Origin: Okeania sp.
GTDB lineage: Bacteria; Cyanobacteriota; Cyanobacteriia; Cyanobacteriales; Microcoleaceae
NCBI RefSeq assembly: GCF_035285525.1
Contig: NZ_JAYKGW010000088.1
Coordinates: 1 to 22,649 of the forward strand
Reading direction: 5' to 3'
DNA: 22,649 nucleotides
Below the pieces are notes generated by a model, which was given only the letters and a program-made list of their open reading frames with translations, had not been told where the DNA came from and did no database searches. Positions 7,221-15,489 of the stretch are shown here, in pieces (the first letter of the stretch is position 1; the number at the start of each line of letters is the position of its first letter). A program made the position numbers and the translations under genes.

Positions 7221-8987
7221 GTGAATTATCATTCTGATTTTTATTTACACAAAGAGTGGAAATTAACTTTATTAGCACTATTAATTTTCCCCTTATTACC
7301 AACCCTCGGAACATTAACTCTAGTTTTGACAGTTATTAGCACTTTTGTCAAAAAATGGCGTAATATTATTAGTCGTTCTCACAATATCGCTTTAGCTTGT
7401 CTAGGTCTTTGGTTGGCGATCGCTAGTTTTTTTGCCTGGAAACCCCAAGAAGCATTTTTAGGATTAGCTAATTTATTACCTTTTTTTGTCATATTTGCTG
7501 GTTTGAGTACCATAATTCAAACTCCAGCACAACTACGACAACTCTCTTGGGTAATGGTAATTTCTTCAGTACCTGTAATCATCTTAGGTTTCGGACAATT
7601 ATTTTGGGGTTGGTCTGGGATCGTAGATTTACAAGTTATTTTTGGTTGGGTACTTGCACCACAGGGCAACCCCCCAGGACGAATTGCTTCCGTATTTATG
7701 TATGCTAATATTTTGGCTATTTATCTGACTATTGTATTTATTCTGGGCTTAGCACTTTGGATTGAACAATGGCAACTTTTAGACAAACATAACTTACGCA
7801 CTCCCAACCAAGAAACCGGGTTTATCAACGACACTTCCTCCTTTGAACAACAAGAGCATCGCGCTCCCAATCAAGAAACCGGGTTTATCAACGACACTTC
7901 CTCCTTTGAACAACAAGAGCATCGCCATAAACCCGGTTTCTGTATAAGTCCTGACAACAAAACAAAACAATCTCATCAACTCACAACTACTGTAGTGACA
8001 CAGCTAATCTTGGGGATTAGGGCGGGTTTATTTAATCTCATGTTTAAACTCGTTAAGTTAAAAAACCAACCCGCTCCTACTATTACAGTATTTAAGATGT
8101 GTCAGTCCACTACTAGCAATAACTCAGGTGTTATCAAACTATTGTACAACAGTTCCCTTCAAAAATTTATTTTTCTCACAGTGGCAATGATTAGTAATGG
8201 CGTTGCCTTAATTTTGACAAATTCACGGAATGCTTCGGGATTAGTAGTTTTTGCAGGTTTAACTTATGCTATTTATCTTGGTTGGAACTGGTTAATAGGA
8301 TTAGTAATGGCAGCAGTAGCAACTGTGTTTGGAGCTGCTTTTGCTCCTGCACCTGCGAACAAATGGTTACGAGTTATAGTACCAGAATATTTTTGGGGAC
8401 GACTCACAGATCGGAATTTTGATCGCCCTGTAGCTACTTTGCGAAGTACCCAATGGCAGTTTGCTGGAAAGATGACTAGAGAAAAACCTTGGTTAGGTTG
8501 GGGTTTACGGAATTTTACGCCTTTGTATGAAGCACAGATGCAAACATGGCTTGGTCATCCCCATAATTTGTTTTTGATGCTGACAGCGGAAACTGGTATT
8601 CCGGCGACTTTGTTTTTTTGTGGTTGGGTGGGTTGGATATTAGGGAAAGGAGTTTGGTTATTCATAAATTGGTCTGATGTTACAGCAGATTCCAGGTACA
8701 TGAAACACAGATATTCAAAATTAAATGTCTGTAGTGCAGAGATGACCGCGACAGACTTACCTCACCAAAATGGAATCCGCTGTAATTTTAGAGAAAACCG
8801 TCTCATCTTTTTTAGTTATTTAGTAGCTTTTGCTGCCTGTACTATTTTTAATATATTTGATGTGAGTTTGTTTGATTTACGAGTTAATACTATTGGATGG
8901 TTGCTTTTAGCTGCAATTTGTGGAAGTCAGGAGTTAAAAGTCAGAAGTCAGAAGTTAGGATTTTACAGCGGTTTTCCTGTATGGTAG
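7221..8987 (+). CDS. O-antigen ligase (Wzy_C) family membrane protein with repeat-derived in-frame inserts
   Basis: The 588-aa polytopic ORF (GTG start) has family-like motifs LILTNSRNASG and KPWLGWGLRNF...GHPHNLFLMLTAETG. A central segment of about 120 aa (7790..8150) and a C-terminal segment (8690..8790) are built from dispersed-repeat sequence. Confidence 0.75.
   Translation: MNYHSDFYLHKEWKLTLLALLIFPLLPTLGTLTLVLTVISTFVKKWRNIISRSHNIALACLGLWLAIASFFAWKPQEAFLGLANLLPFFVIFAGLSTIIQTPAQLRQLSWVMVISSVPVIILGFGQLFWGWSGIVDLQVIFGWVLAPQGNPPGRIASVFMYANILAIYLTIVFILGLALWIEQWQLLDKHNLRTPNQETGFINDTSSFEQQEHRAPNQETGFINDTSSFEQQEHRHKPGFCISPDNKTKQSHQLTTTVVTQLILGIRAGLFNLMFKLVKLKNQPAPTITVFKMCQSTTSNNSGVIKLLYNSSLQKFIFLTVAMISNGVALILTNSRNASGLVVFAGLTYAIYLGWNWLIGLVMAAVATVFGAAFAPAPANKWLRVIVPEYFWGRLTDRNFDRPVATLRSTQWQFAGKMTREKPWLGWGLRNFTPLYEAQMQTWLGHPHNLFLMLTAETGIPATLFFCGWVGWILGKGVWLFINWSDVTADSRYMKHRYSKLNVCSAEMTATDLPHQNGIRCNFRENRLIFFSYLVAFAACTIFNIFDVSLFDLRVNTIGWLLLAAICGSQELKVRSQKLGFYSGFPVW
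7797..7922. repeat. 63-bp tandem duplication (x2) inside the O-antigen-ligase-family CDS
   Basis: Units 7797..7859 and 7860..7922 differ at 2 positions. Each encodes R(T/A)PNQETGFINDTSSFEQQEH and carries GAAACCGGGTTT. The inverted partner AAACCCGGTTTC follows at 7929..7940. Confidence 0.95.
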
Positions 8988-9013
8988 ACTACAGTAGGGC
9001 ATGATGACCATTA

Positions 9014-9158
9014 ATATCAAATCCGGTAGTATCAGTAAAATTCATTTCCCGTAGGGGTTTGGTCTCCAATTTTTCGGGAACCGTACCCTCTACAAACTAG
9101 AAATCTTACCCAATACTGATGGTAGAACCTTATTCTCCAAAGTAAACGGATTTGATAT
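9014..9158. mobile_element. MITE-like element with 12-bp perfect terminal inverted repeats
   Basis: ATATCAAATCCG (9014..9025) is the exact reverse complement of CGGATTTGATAT (9147..9158). There is subterminal GTAGTATCAGTA / TACTGAT complementarity. The element has no ORF. A related, more degenerate copy is at 17998..18123. Confidence 0.6.
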
Positions 9159-9290
9159 AAGCTCTACAGATGGTCTGTATTTTCTTATGTTCCCTAAGTC
9201 CTGAATTAAATCTTCATAAGTAGTGTAGCGATTTTTCGGGAACCGTGCACCTTGCTTCCGTGGTTATACCTCGCCAAAATGGAATCTCCT

Positions 9291-9677
9291 TTATCTAAAT
9301 TTTAAATAAAACATCAGCAAACAAAACATAGAAAAAACACATAAACTTTTCCAAACAAATAACCACCAAGGATGCCACCAAGCTCCAGTTTGTACTTCTA
9401 CAATATCAGATAAACTAAATAATAAAAATGTGAATGTTGCTACTATTCTATGTAATCTTATTAACTCACAACTTTTAATCGCAGATACAGCAAAAGCACC
9501 TGCAAAAATAAACCAAATTCCTGCTTCAATATAGTTACCTTGTCTATAAATTCTTTCTAATATTTCTGCTTCTTGAACAGAATCACTATTTTGCAGTATT
9601 AACCATAATCCTATAAATATTCCACCCAATAAAATTAATAAAACAGATAATCTGATAATTACATTTTTATTCATCAA
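9291..9677 (-). CDS. Small hypothetical membrane protein (about 4 TM segments)
   Basis: The 128-aa ORF has four hydrophobic stretches. I recognise no family motif. Confidence 0.55.
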   Translation of the reverse strand: MMNKNVIIRLSVLLILLGGIFIGLWLILQNSDSVQEAEILERIYRQGNYIEAGIWFIFAGAFAVSAIKSCELIRLHRIVATFTFLLFSLSDIVEVQTGAWWHPWWLFVWKSLCVFSMFCLLMFYLKFR

Positions 9678-10011
9678 TTTTTCCTGAGAAAAAAAGGGGT
9701 TTTATCAAAACTAAACTTGGAGATTTTATCTGATATATTTATCAAAAAAAATTGCTAGTGCTAAAAGAATTTCTCTGGAATAAAAAAGAAAGAAACTATT
9801 GGAAAAATTAATTATAATAACTAATATCAAATCCAGATTATTATACACAAGTCATTGTGACTGGAACGGAGTACAAGGAAGCAATATCTTAAACTTTTGA
9901 GATTGCTTCCTATCGTTGCCATAATCACTGTTCAACCCTACTTTAATAGGACAAAAATATTATTGGATGTAGTTGCCAAAAATCATTGATGATCTTCAAT
10001 TTTTCCTAATG

Positions 10012-10899
10012 CTAATGTTTTTTAAACCTAATTCCTAAAAAAACATCATAAAGAAAACTCCAAAAGTTTTTCCCTTGCAACAATCCTAAAGATTGAGGAG
10101 AACCTTTAGCATCTAAAAGTGGTTTCATCACTTCATAAGCAGGTTTGTAATTATACCAAGGAATAGAAGGCCACAAATGGTGAATTAAATGGTAATTTTG
10201 CCCACCAATTAAAATATTGAGAATAGCACTCGGATAAACTCTCGCATTCAGCCAGCGATCGCGCTCTTCAAAAGGACGATGAGGCAAATAATCAAAAAAT
10301 AATCCTAGTGCTATACCTACTACTAAAGCAGGGGAAAACCAGTAATTCATAATATAGCCAATAAATCCATAATATATAGATACGCCGATAATGATAAAAA
10401 CCACTAAACGACTAAAAAACCATTCCCATAGTTCCAACTTTCGCCATAGTCGTCTTTTAAAAAAGAAGATTTCATGGTAAAAGAAACGAGCTGCAATTAA
10501 CCATAGAGGGCCACCAGTAGAAACAAAATGATCTGGGTCATTTTTTGGATCATTAACATGGGCGTGATGCTGTAGGTGTACCCGTGTAAATACTGGGAAA
10601 GCAAAACCTAAAAGTAAAGCACTGCCATGACCTAAAGCAGCATTAACTATGGGATTTTTATGGGCTGAATTATGAGACGCATCGTGAATGACTGTCCCGG
10701 CAATGTGTAAAGCTAGTACATTCATTAAAAAGCAGCACCAGTTAGGAAAGTCCCAGCACCAATAACCACAGATTGATAAAATAACTATTCCTAAAGCACT
10801 AAAAAACATGAGTAAATCAGTATTTAAGCCTCCAGAAGGGCCAAGTAATTCTCTTGGGACTGTTGTTTGCAGCCCTGCTTCTAACATTGTTATATTCAC
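10012..10899 (-). CDS. crtR: Beta-carotene hydroxylase CrtR (membrane di-iron desaturase/hydroxylase family)
   Basis: The 295-aa ORF has three His boxes (HDASHNSAH, HLQHHAHVN, NYHLIHHLWPSIPWYNY). Its size and layout match cyanobacterial CrtR. Confidence 0.75.
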   Translation of the reverse strand: MNITMLEAGLQTTVPRELLGPSGGLNTDLLMFFSALGIVILSICGYWCWDFPNWCCFLMNVLALHIAGTVIHDASHNSAHKNPIVNAALGHGSALLLGFAFPVFTRVHLQHHAHVNDPKNDPDHFVSTGGPLWLIAARFFYHEIFFFKRRLWRKLELWEWFFSRLVVFIIIGVSIYYGFIGYIMNYWFSPALVVGIALGLFFDYLPHRPFEERDRWLNARVYPSAILNILIGGQNYHLIHHLWPSIPWYNYKPAYEVMKPLLDAKGSPQSLGLLQGKNFWSFLYDVFLGIRFKKH

Positions 10900-11296
10900 T
10901 CCTCAATATTTATTAATATTTATTTTAAGTAGCATAAAATACATACAGCTTTTTTGTAAAGATATATGAAATAATTCTAAGTTATTTAGTATTTTTATCA
11001 AGGGAGAAAGTATAGCAGAAGCCGGAATTTATATCAAATTTCTGAGTATCAGGTTAATTCAATAATAAAGCAGGTTTATAAGTTTACCTGTATGACACAA
11101 ATCTGGTTATTCAAAGGTAATTTTTCGCTCTTCCTCTCTCATCTTTCTGTTTCCCTGTTTCCCCCCTTTCAAAGCTATACTTGATCAACATAAAACTTGA
11201 CAAAATACACAAGCTATGTATTAATAATTAACTCAACCCTAACCCCTCCCAATAGGGGAAGTCAGGAGATCGATAAATAAAAGATAGTTCGAGCTA

Positions 11297-11381
11297 CCCA
11301 TCTCTCCATCTCCCCATCTCCCCATCTCCCCATTTCCCCATTTCCCTATCTCCCCATTTCCCCATTTCCCTATCTCCCTAT
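11297..11381. repeat. STRR heptamer array (CCCCAT[CT]T-type, about 12 units)
   Basis: Direct reading: cccatctctccatctccccatctccccatctccccatttccccatttccctatctccccatttccccatttccctatctcccta. Confidence 0.9.
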
Positions 11382-11554
11382 AGATCTGGTTAGGGATTTT
11401 ATAAGGGATAGCGCATCATCGGGGAGTAGGAGGAATGTCTTCTGCCTTACCTTCACAGTAAATCTCCCTTCTCAACCGGATTTAGTATAAATCCTGACTT
11501 TATTAAATAAATCTAAATTTTTGTTTTTTGTAGGGAAGTTGATCATAATAGTTT

Positions 11555-12680
11555 GAGAATTTGAAAACCATGTCCCTTCAGGGCATGGAACTGTAGCTCA
11601 CGAGCAACTTCAGTCGCCTGTAAAAATATCTGATTGCCCTTGACATTTTCGTGGGTTAATTATGGTATTATGTACAGCATCAAAAATATCAAAAGGTAGG
11701 TCGAACCAAAGTGATAATTTACCAGTTCAAAGTCAAAGCTAAACCTCAGCAATATGAAGCAATAGATGAGGCCATTAAAACATCTGAATTTATCCAAAAT
11801 AAGTGCTTAAGATATTGGATGAATAATCAAGATGTGAGTAAATATGACCTTAATAAATATTGCCAAATCTTAGCTAAAGAGTTTAAATTTGCTAACGAAC
11901 TAAATTCCATGGCTCGACAATACGCTGCGGAAAGAGCTTGGTCTGCTGTATTTAGATTTGACAATAACTGCAAGAAAAAAGTCAAAGGTAAAAAGGGTTA
12001 TCCTAAATTTCAAAAGCATTGTCGTTCTGTAGAATATAAAACTTCTGGTTGGAAGTTAGCAGTCAACAGAAAAGCAATCACTTTTTTAGATAAGAAAAAT
12101 ATAGGTACTTTGAAATTCATTGGTACTTATGATTTCAACTACTATCAACTGAACCAAATAAAACGAGTAAGGTTGGTTAAACGTGCTGATGGTTATTATG
12201 CTCAATTTACTATCCAAATAGATTTACAAATTGAGACTCAACCAACAGGAAAAGGAGTAGGTTTAGATCTAGGAATTAAATCTTTCTTGACATTAAGTAA
12301 TGGCAATACTATAGAAAACCCCCAGTTTTACAGAAAGTCGGAAAAGCAGTTAAATAGAGCAAATCGTCAAAAATCTAAGAAGTACAAAAAAGGCGCAAAA
12401 CCGCAGTCAAACAACTACCATAAAGCTAGAAATAGATACGCCCGGAAGCATTTGAGAGTAAGTAGGCAACGCCAAGAATATGCTACTCTCTTAGCATATT
12501 GCGTGATTCAATCTAACGATTTGATAGCTTATGAAGACTTGAATATGAAAGCCATGGTAAGAAATCGAAGGCTAGCTAAATCAATTGGGGAGACACCTAG
12601 CTTGATTGGTTTCGACCTGTCAAGTCATGGTGAGTCCTTGAACCAGGAATCCCCGTCTCGTAATTAATGGGGAGTGTCAA
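11555..12680 (+). mobile_element. TnpB-only IS200/IS605-family (IS1341/IS891-like) element remnant; left boundary approximate
   Basis: A subterminal hairpin CCATGTCCCT-tc-AGGGCATGG sits at 11568..11588. A TTGACA -35-like box is at 11640..11645, upstream of tnpB. The right end has a small hairpin CCCC...GGGG (12644..12674) and ends in TCAA (12677..12680), the tetranucleotide at the IS608 right-end cleavage site. There is no tnpA. Confidence 0.6.
11711..12667 (+). CDS. tnpB: TnpB (OrfB) RNA-guided-nuclease homologue with an in-frame internal deletion, probably inactive
   Basis: The N-terminus (MIIYQFKVKAKPQQYEAIDEAIKTSEFIQNKCLRYW) is typical of TnpB/OrfB. The RuvC-I GLDLGIKSF and RuvC-II AYEDLNMKAM motifs are present. 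After LAKSIG (about nt 12590) the Zn-finger (CxxC) and RuvC-III region are absent, and the ORF continues into a 24-aa tail, TPSLIGFDLSSHGESLNQESPSRN. The ORF is 318 aa, against roughly 400 aa for intact relatives. Confidence 0.8.
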   Translation: MIIYQFKVKAKPQQYEAIDEAIKTSEFIQNKCLRYWMNNQDVSKYDLNKYCQILAKEFKFANELNSMARQYAAERAWSAVFRFDNNCKKKVKGKKGYPKFQKHCRSVEYKTSGWKLAVNRKAITFLDKKNIGTLKFIGTYDFNYYQLNQIKRVRLVKRADGYYAQFTIQIDLQIETQPTGKGVGLDLGIKSFLTLSNGNTIENPQFYRKSEKQLNRANRQKSKKYKKGAKPQSNNYHKARNRYARKHLRVSRQRQEYATLLAYCVIQSNDLIAYEDLNMKAMVRNRRLAKSIGETPSLIGFDLSSHGESLNQESPSRN

Positions 12681-12753
12681 AGGCTAATTATTTTATAGAG
12701 ATAATTGAAAATTAAGATATTTATCCTAACTTATCTATTAAAATTATAAACTC

Positions 12754-14517
12754 ATGGAAATACAAAACTGCGTGCGTCGAACTAAAATAGTAGCCACCAT
12801 TGGCCCGGCCACAAATAAACCTGATATGCTTCGGGAGCTAATTAAAGCAGGCGCTACAACTCTGCGACTGAACTTTTCTCACGGAACCCATGAGGATCAT
12901 CAACGTAATATTCGTCTCATCCGACAAATATCTTTCGAGCTAAACCAAACAGTAGCTATTCTCCAAGACCTTCAAGGACCAAAAATTAGATTAGGAAAAT
13001 TTGAAACAGGTTCCATACTCTTAGAGGATGGAGACCCCTTTATTTTGACCAGTCACTTGATGCCTGGAACTCAAGAGATTTCCTCCATAACTTATGAGCA
13101 TTTGGCAGACGAAGTGCCAGAAGGAGCAAGAATCCTCCTGGATGATGGTAAAGTAGAAATGTTGGTAGAAAAAGTAGATAAAGCAGAAAAAAAACTATAT
13201 TGTCGAGTTGTTGTAGGTGGTGAACTTTCTAATAATAAAGGTGTTAACTTTCCGGGAGTTTATCTATCAGTCAAAGCACTGACAGAAAAAGATAGAATAG
13301 ATTTAATGTTCGGTCTCGATCAAGGGGTAGACTGGGTAGCACTGAGTTTTGTTCGTAACCCCCAGGATATGATCGAAATCAAACAACTAATCGCTAATGC
13401 GGGGAAAAAGGTTCCTGTAATCGCCAAAATCGAAAAACACGAAGCGATCGAGCAAATGGAAGAAATTTTGGCTTTGTGTGATGGAGTCATGGTGGCTCGT
13501 GGAGACTTGGGGGTAGAAGTACCAGCAGAAGATGTACCGCTGTTGCAAAAACGACTAATTTCTACTTCTAATCGAATGGGAATACCTGTAATTACGGCTA
13601 CGCAAATGTTAGATAGTATGGCGAATAACCCCCGCGCGACCCGTGCGGAAATTTCTGACGTAGCCAACGCAATTATTGATGGTACAGATGCGGTTATGTT
13701 ATCCAATGAAACTGCTGTTGGTAAGTATCCAATAGAAGCTGTGAAAACAATGGCAACCATAGCTAAACGTATTGAGCAGGATGTGATTACTTGTAATGTT
13801 TCTAGCATGAATGATACAGGTCAATCTATCCCCAATGGTATTAGTCAAGCAGTTGCTCAAATTGCCCAACAGTTAGATGCAACAGCTATTATGACTCTAA
13901 CGAAAACAGGTGCAACCGCTCGAAATGTATCTAAGTTTAGACCAAAAACTCCTATTTTAGCAGTGACTCCCCATGTAGATGTGGCGCGACGGTTACAACT
14001 GGTTTGGGGTGTGAGACCATTGTTGGTATTAGATTTGTCTTCTACTGGTCAAACTTTCCAATCAGCAGTTAATATAGCTCAAGAGAAAGAGTTATTATTT
14101 GATGGAGATTTAGTTGTGATGACTGCAGGTACTTTACAAGGTGTGGCAGGTTCAACTGATTTAATTAAAGTTGAGGTAGTAACTGCTGTTTTGGGTCAAG
14201 GGACTGGAGTTGGTCAAGGGGCTGCTAGCGGTCGCGCTCGGGTTGCTCAAAATGCTATGGAGGTTCAGGATTTTAACCCTGGAGAAATTTTGGTGGTTAA
14301 TCAGACAAATGCTGAGTATGTTGAGGTGATGCGGAAAGCATCTGGAGTGATCACGGAAGAGGATAGTGTGACGAGTCATGCTGCTGTTATTGGTCTGCGT
14401 TTAGGGTTGCCTGTTATTGTGGGGGTCAAAAATGCTACTAATGTGCTTAGAGATGGTACAATTTTGACGTTGGATGCTCAAAGAGGTGTGATTTACTCTG
14501 GAGCTCATAGAAGGTAA
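12754..14517 (+). CDS. pyk: Pyruvate kinase with C-terminal PEP-utiliser mobile domain
   Basis: The 587-aa ORF carries TKIVATIGPAT, LNFSHG, DLQGPKIRLG and MVARGDLGVEVP, plus a C-terminal extension of about 110 aa (…GEILVVNQTNAEYVEVMRKASGVITEEDSVTSHAAVIGLRLGLPVIVG…) typical of the PEP-utilising-enzyme mobile domain. Confidence 0.95.
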   Translation: MEIQNCVRRTKIVATIGPATNKPDMLRELIKAGATTLRLNFSHGTHEDHQRNIRLIRQISFELNQTVAILQDLQGPKIRLGKFETGSILLEDGDPFILTSHLMPGTQEISSITYEHLADEVPEGARILLDDGKVEMLVEKVDKAEKKLYCRVVVGGELSNNKGVNFPGVYLSVKALTEKDRIDLMFGLDQGVDWVALSFVRNPQDMIEIKQLIANAGKKVPVIAKIEKHEAIEQMEEILALCDGVMVARGDLGVEVPAEDVPLLQKRLISTSNRMGIPVITATQMLDSMANNPRATRAEISDVANAIIDGTDAVMLSNETAVGKYPIEAVKTMATIAKRIEQDVITCNVSSMNDTGQSIPNGISQAVAQIAQQLDATAIMTLTKTGATARNVSKFRPKTPILAVTPHVDVARRLQLVWGVRPLLVLDLSSTGQTFQSAVNIAQEKELLFDGDLVVMTAGTLQGVAGSTDLIKVEVVTAVLGQGTGVGQGAASGRARVAQNAMEVQDFNPGEILVVNQTNAEYVEVMRKASGVITEEDSVTSHAAVIGLRLGLPVIVGVKNATNVLRDGTILTLDAQRGVIYSGAHRR

Positions 14518-14541
14518 TCATAATGGATCATTGATACAGTG

Positions 14542-14773
14542 TTTCTCGTTGTTATCAGGTATAACCATCGCGGGCTTTCGGGCCCGCACTACAATAATTT
14601 TATCATTTTAATCAGGACTTACGCAGAGGGAACCCAGAAACCCGGTTTTTTTGGAGCGTTTCCTGTTGCTATCAAGTACAAGCGTCGGGGGCTTCCGGAC
14701 CTGCACTACAATAATTTTATCGTTTGAATCAGGACTTATGCAGAGGGAACCCAGAAACCGGGTTTCTTTGGGT
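14542..14773. repeat. Two tandem copies of a 117-bp unit downstream of pyk
   Basis: Unit A is 14542..14658 and unit B is 14659..14773. Shared blocks are GCACTACAATAATTTTATC, AATCAGGACTTA(C/T)GCAGAGGGAACCCAGAAACC(C)GG. Unit A has a GCGGGC/GCCCGC hairpin (14569..14586). Each unit ends in the GAAACCCGGTTT palindromic core. Confidence 0.9.
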
Positions 14774-14781
14774 AAATCCAG

Positions 14782-15405
14782 TTAATATTCCTTCTCCTGT
14801 TTCTCATCTTCTGCTTCTACTAATTGAACCAGATTTTCTAAAGCACCGTAAACTCTAGGAAGATTATCTATGGTAAAATTCCCAGAATCTTTGATAAAAG
14901 TCTCTGCGACAAGCTTCCCAAACTGCCATAAATTACCATCTGTCACAATCCCATAAACTGCCCTAGGGAAATTATCATTGATTTTTTGTGAGGCGATCAG
15001 TTCCGCCAGACATTGACCCCAGCCTTGTTCAAAATCATTTTTCTTAGCTTCAACAACAATGACAATAGGTTTTTCTAGTACGGTTTTACCAAGTTCAGAA
15101 CGTTGGGAAAAAATATAGTCAGGTGTTCCAGATAGAATTTCATCGTAAGAAATACTTTTCTGAATCCAAAATGAATACTTCTGATAATGTTTCTTATAAA
15201 CTTCACGCAATAGTGGCGAGATGATTATTTCACAGCGAGATGCTTCTGAAGAAAACAGGTCTATATTTTCTTGATTAAATTCAAAATCTTTGATAAAACT
15301 TTCTGAAGGCGAGAGTTGTTGCCTAACTATAAATTTCTCCTCTGAGTATTTGATTCCATACTTTTTTTGTACATCTGAAATTGTTTTAAAATCACTGAAA
15401 GCCAT
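14782..15405 (-). CDS. Stand-alone PD-(D/E)xK nuclease-fold protein (HsdR-N-terminal-domain-like)
   Basis: The 207-aa ORF has a motif arrangement ...GTPDYIF...(19 aa)...IVIVVEAKKNDFEQGWGQCLAE... that fits the D...(E/D)xK core plus the downstream Q of type I R-subunit N-terminal-like domains. Confidence 0.55.
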   Translation of the reverse strand: MAFSDFKTISDVQKKYGIKYSEEKFIVRQQLSPSESFIKDFEFNQENIDLFSSEASRCEIIISPLLREVYKKHYQKYSFWIQKSISYDEILSGTPDYIFSQRSELGKTVLEKPIVIVVEAKKNDFEQGWGQCLAELIASQKINDNFPRAVYGIVTDGNLWQFGKLVAETFIKDSGNFTIDNLPRVYGALENLVQLVEAEDEKQEKEY

Positions 15406-15489
15406 ATTTCAAGTCCTCTATTAAAGCTTAACCTTTACCACAATTTTCAACTAGGGTTTACTCTATAGTTTCTTGTTGCTGCTAACTTT

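Noticed and set aside
6240-7314. ORFs 6240..6425 (+), 6549..6746 (+) and 7105..7314 (-)
   Set aside because: The first two are antisense to the Uma2 pseudogene or its 5' repeat. The third is an AT-rich low-complexity frame overlapping the start of the O-antigen-ligase-family gene.
7794-7979. ORF 7794..7979 (-, 61 aa)
   Set aside because: It is antisense to the 63-bp tandem duplication, and its internal repetition is a by-product of that duplication.
11197-11224. A sigma70-like TTGACA-16 nt-TATTAA promoter upstream of the heptamer array
   Set aside because: Such matches are frequent in AT-rich intergenic DNA, and no downstream gene or terminator-defined transcript supports it.
13320-14379. 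Antisense ORFs 13320..13808 (162 aa) and 14161..14379 (72 aa) inside pyk
   Set aside because: These are shadow ORFs opposite a strongly supported pyruvate kinase gene, with low-complexity Ser/Ile/Ala-rich composition.
14694-14712. TCCGGA (the DIF heterocyst-promoter motif) in unit B of the 117-bp tandem, upstream of TACAAT
   Set aside because: Only 7 nt separate it from the -10-like box, whereas the DIF motif sits near -35. The motif is absent from unit A.
14539-14727. Track ORF of 62 aa across the 117-bp tandem units
   Set aside because: Its sequence simply repeats (…HYNNFI… twice) because it reads through the tandem repeat. There is no independent coding evidence.
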